Assembly (NCBI GenBank): GCA_965240325.2
Contig: OZ251249.1
Span: 930,001-994,000, forward strand
Origin: Rebecca billardiae RCC1528
Lineage: Eukaryota; Protista; Haptophyta
Direction of reading: 5' to 3'
Length of the DNA: 64,000 nt
Made by a program: the position numbers and the translations under genes. Shown here one piece after another: positions 60,101 through 64,000 of this stretch; position 1 is the stretch's first letter, and each line of letters opens with the position of its first letter. The notes beneath the pieces were generated by a model. It was given only the letters and a program-made list of their open reading frames with translations. It had not been told where the DNA came from and did not search any database.

Positions 60101-62736
60101 AGCCGCAGCCGCCGCAGCCGGCGGCGGCCGTCGTCGCGGGCGCGGCGGCTGCTGCCGAGCGCGGCGGCGCTGCGCGCGGCGGCGGCGAGGGCGAGGGCCT
60201 GCTCGCCTCCGCCGCGGCCGCGCAGGCGGCGGCGGCGGCGGCGCAGCGCGCGGCGGAGGCGGAGTGCGCGCGGCTCGCCTCGCAGCTCGCCGAGCGCTCC
60301 GCCGCCCTCGAGAGCGCGCAGAAGCAGGTGTGCGCGCGTGTGCGTGTGTGTGCGCGCGTGTGCGTGTGTGCGTGTGCGTGTCCAGTGCTGCTGCTGCCGC
60401 CGCCGCCTAAGCCGCTGCGCCCGTGCCCGCGGCCGCGCGCTCGCTCCCCAGCTCGTCTCGGCGCGCTCCGCCCTCGAGCGAGCGGGCCTGCCCTCGCGCT
60501 CCGGCGGGGGCGGCCCCGGCTCAGCCGCCGCGCCCACGCCCGCGCGCACCGCGCGCTCGGCCGCGGGCGGCGGCGGCGGCGGCGCGGGCGGCGGCGCGGC
60601 CGCGGCGGCTGTGGAGGCGGCGCACCTCAAGCACACGGTGACGGCCTACATCCAGCTCGGGGATGCGCACAACGGGCCGCTGCTCAACGTGCTCGCGACG
60701 ATGCTGCGGCTCACGCCGCCCGAGCTGCGCGCGCTGCAGGAGGCGCGCAGCGCGCGCGCAGCCGCGGCGGCGACAGGCGGTGCGCCGCGCCGCGCCGCCG
60801 CCGCCGCCGCCGCGCCGCGCCGCGCTGCCGGCGCCGCTGCGCCCCCGGCGCCGCCGTGCGCGCACGCGCTGCGCGCTCACGGCGCCCGCCGCCCCGCCAC
60901 CGCCGCGCGCGCAGGCGGGCTCTTCTCTGCCATGCTCGCGCCGCCGCCGCCGCCGCCGCCCGCCTCGCTCGCCGGCGCGGCCGTGCTGCCTGCTGCGGCC
61001 ACGCCCGCGCCGCCCGCGCGCGCCGCGCCGCGCGTCGCGCCGGCGAGCGCCGCGGCCGCGCTCGGCGGCGGCGGCGGTGGCGGTGGCGGTGGCGGCGGCG
61101 GCGGCGGCGCGCTGGGCATGCTCCGCCGCGCCGCCGCGCTGGCGGCCGTGCTGCAGCGCCGCGTGGGCTCGGGCGGCTCGCTCGTCCTCTGCCACGTCCC
61201 GCCTCTGCCGCGCACAGCGCACGCAGCGGCACGCACTGACGGTGGCGGCGCCGCCGCGGCCAACGGCGGCGCCGCCGCCGCCGACGGCACCGCCGCCGCC
61301 GCGGCGGTGCCCGAGGTGGACGGCGCGGGCGTCGTGACGGGCGCGGGCGGCGCGAGCGCGTGGGGGCTGCGCGACGGCGACCTCGTCGCCGCCGCGGACT
61401 TTGAGCCGTGCAACGGCGCGCACTTGGACGTGCGCGCGCGCCCACCGCGGCACCCGCGCGGCGCGGGGCGGCGGCTGATGCGCGCGCTGCGCGGCGCGCG
61501 GCGCGGCGGCGGTGTGCGTGTGCGCGCGCGCGGCGTGCGTGTTCAGGCCATGCTGCGGGGCGAGGGCGGGCGCGTGCGGCCGCGCACGCTGCTCGTGCTG
61601 CGTGCGCACGCGCCGCCCGCCGCGCAGCCCGCCGCCGACGCCGCGCCCGCGTCCGCAGACGGCGGCGCGGCGGGTGCGCCGCTGAGCGCGGCGCGCGCGG
61701 AGGCGCTCGAAGCCGCGCGCGCACTCAAGGCGGCGGCGGCGCAACTCGAGGGGAAGGTGTGTGCATGCGCGCCGACCCCGCGCGCCCGTGCGCCCAGGGT
61801 GTGCGCCCGGCCTGGTGTGCGCTGCGCCCGCGCGCGCTCACGGCGCGTGCGCCCTCCGCCGCACGCGCCGCCACGTGCCGCCACGCGCCGCCACGTGCGC
61901 CCGCCGCCGCCGCCTACGCCGCCGCCGACGCCGCCGCCGCCGCGGCGTGCGCAGGGCGAGGCCCTGCGCGCGCGGCTGGAGGCGGGCGAGGGCCGGCTGA
62001 GCACGGCGGAGGGCGCTCTGCGAGGACTGCGCGCCGCGCTGGCCGAGCGCGCCGTCGAGCGCGCACACCTGCGCCACACGGTCACGCGCTACATCGCCAT
62101 GGGTGCGCGCGAGCGCGTGTGCGCGTGCACGCGCGGCCGCGCGGCAGCGCACGCGCGGGCGCGCGCGCGGGCGGGCGCAGGCGGCACGCACGCCACGGCG
62201 CGACGGCGCGCGCGCGCGCGCGCTCCGCAGCGCGCGCGCCGCTGAGCCGCCGCCGCCCGCCACCCTTCCGCCGCACACACGCGCGCCGCGCTCCTCCGCG
62301 CGCGCGCGTGCTGCGCTATGCTGCGGTGTGCGCGTGCCGTGCCGTGCCGTGCCGCGCCGTGCCGTGCCGTGCCGTGCTGTGCCGTGCCGTGCCGCGCGGT
62401 GCCGTGTGCGTGCGGTGTGCCGCAGGTGACGAGCACAACGGGCCGCTGCTCAACGTGCTCGGCACGATGCTCCGCCTCAGTCCGGCCGAGCTGGAGGCGC
62501 TGCGGAGGGCACGGCGGCAGCGGCTGCAGGGCGGCGGCGCGTCGGGCGTGCTCAGCCAGCTCGGGCTGGGCGCGCTGCTCGGGGGCGGCGGCGCGGCGGC
62601 GGAGGGCGGCGGCGCGGCGGCCGCCACCGTGGCCGCGGCGGCGGCGGTGGACGCGGGCGCGGACGCGGCGCGGGCGCCGCCGGCGAGCCCGCTGAGCTCG
62701 CGCTTCCCGCTGCCACCGCAGCCCACGCCCGGCTGA
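54283..62736 (+). CDS. Large Ala-rich coiled-coil golgin-like protein with two GRIP domains, multi-exon
   Basis: Long A/E/R heptads; HLKHTVTAYIQLG..LLNVLATMLRLTPPE and HLRHTVTRYIAMG|D..LLNVLGTMLRLSPAE. Confidence 0.75.
58418..58460 (+). repeat. Degenerate interstitial telomere-like (TTAGGG) tract in an intron
   Basis: ctagggtgtgtagggctaggttagggttagggtagggctagg. Confidence 0.7.
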
Positions 62737-63024
62737 TGAGTCGGACGCGATGGCGGGCCGAGTGGCCGCTGCTGCTGCCGTGCAGATCGGGGCTGGGGAT
62801 GCGCTGCGGAGGGCGCGGCGCCTCCACTGGCTGTCGGTGTGCCGCGCGCACTACCCGACAGCTAGCAGCAGATTTTCATCGCGTAGTCGTAAACCTAAAT
62901 AACTGCTGTAAATAAATAAGCTGAAAAAGCAGCAGAATAATTCATACGGCGCCGCCATCACCGGCTATCAGCGCAGCATGGCGGCGGCACGCGACGACGT
63001 GTGCTGACACCGCGGCCACCCGCC

Positions 63025-64000
63025 ATGCCCACGGCCGCGCCGCACGACGACGCGCCGGCGGGCGCGCTGCTCGAGCTGCCGCCCGAGCTACTCGAGCGCG
63101 TACTCGCGCGGCTGCCCGCGCCGGCCGACCTCGCCGCCGCCGCCGCCGCCGCGCGCGCGCTGCGCGCGACGGCGGAGCGCGCGCTGCGCGAGCGCGCGCG
63201 CGCGCGCGGCCACGCGGCCGCGCTGCCGGCCGCGCTGCCCGCCGACGTGCGCACGTGGGCGGAGGAGCTGATCGTGCGCGAGCGCGTCCTCGCCCTCGCC
63301 CGCGCGCACGCCACCCCCGCCGCCGCCGGCGGCGTGAGCGGCGCTCCCGCGTTCAGCGCGCCGGCGGGCGCAGACGGCGCCGTGCGCACGTGCGGCGAGG
63401 GGCGCGCGGCGCGCGTGCTCGCCGCGGCGGAGGCGGCGGCGGAGGCGGCAGCGGTGGCACGGGCGGTGCCCGGCGTCGGGCATCGGCTGGCGGTGCTGCC
63501 GATCGCGCCGTCCGACGCGCCGCCGCCGCGGCCGGGCGCCGCGCCCGGCCGCGGCGTGCGCGTGCGCGCGCTCGCGGCCGGCTGGGCGCACCTGCTCGCG
63601 CTGAGCGAGGGCGGCGCCGTGTACGGCTGCGGCGGGAACTCGCACGGGCAGCTGGGGCTGGGCGACCGCGAGGCGCGCGCGCACGCGCTCGCGCGCGTGC
63701 GCGGCGCGCTGGCCGCCGAGCTCGTCGTCGGCATCGCCGCGGGCGGCCGGCACAGCGCCGCGGTGGGCGCAGGCGGGTGCGCGTACAGCTGGGGCGACAA
63801 CGGCTTTGGGCAGCTCGGCCACGGCGACACGGAGGAGCGGTGCGCGCCGGCGCGCATCGCCGCGCTGCACGGCGTGGCGCGCGTGGGCGGCGCGTGCGCG
63901 GGGGCCGCGCACACGCTGTTCGTGTGCGCGCGCGGCGCCGTGCTCTCGTGCGGCTGCGGCTGGGACGGGCGGCTCGGCCACGGCGACGAGCAGGAGCAGC
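63025..64000 (+). CDS. F-box-like + RCC1-repeat protein, paralogue of 39498-41087 (partial)
   Basis: My translation: MPTAAPHDDAPAGALLELPPELLERVLARL..LPADVRTWAEEL..YSWGDNGFGQLGHGDTEER. It runs off the window. Confidence 0.88.
   Translation, partial: MPTAAPHDDAPAGALLELPPELLERVLARLPAPADLAAAAAAARALRATAERALRERARARGHAAALPAALPADVRTWAEELIVRERVLALARAHATPAAAGGVSGAPAFSAPAGADGAVRTCGEGRAARVLAAAEAAAEAAAVARAVPGVGHRLAVLPIAPSDAPPPRPGAAPGRGVRVRALAAGWAHLLALSEGGAVYGCGGNSHGQLGLGDREARAHALARVRGALAAELVVGIAAGGRHSAAVGAGGCAYSWGDNGFGQLGHGDTEERCAPARIAALHGVARVGGACAGAAHTLFVCARGAVLSCGCGWDGRLGHGDEQEQ

Noticed and set aside
53982-62245. Very long Arg/Ala/Pro-rich overlapping ORFs here and throughout the window
   Set aside because: Stop-codon scarcity at extreme GC; they are antisense or off-frame shadows of real genes.

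Overview
Eukaryotic, extremely GC-rich nuclear DNA with short GT(GCGC)..CAG introns and plastid-targeted genes. It is probably a haptophyte alga such as Diacronema/Pavlova (inference). Most long ORFs in the supplied track are antisense or off-frame artefacts of the GC content. Supportable genes: a partial WD40 protein, a TM/C2-like protein, a double glycosyltransferase-like protein, PP2C, HLIP/OHP, DUF501, a GNAT-like protein, TMEM97/EXPERA, FkbM methyltransferase plus a truncated relative, nitroreductase, ABC1 kinase, two F-box/RCC1 paralogues, a WbuC-like cupin, a DDM1/LSH SNF2 helicase, a stand-alone SRP54 M-domain protein and a golgin with two GRIP domains. The lower-GC intergenic blocks resolve into at least nine non-autonomous terminal-inverted-repeat (TIR) elements. 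The most striking feature is four different elements stacked end-to-end (gaps 5, 3 and 11 bp) at one ~12-bp site (26926-33277). A TAGG..CCTA (hAT-like) family repeatedly abuts the 8-mer CAACTRYA. No intact transposase, CRISPR array, tRNA or rRNA was recognised.
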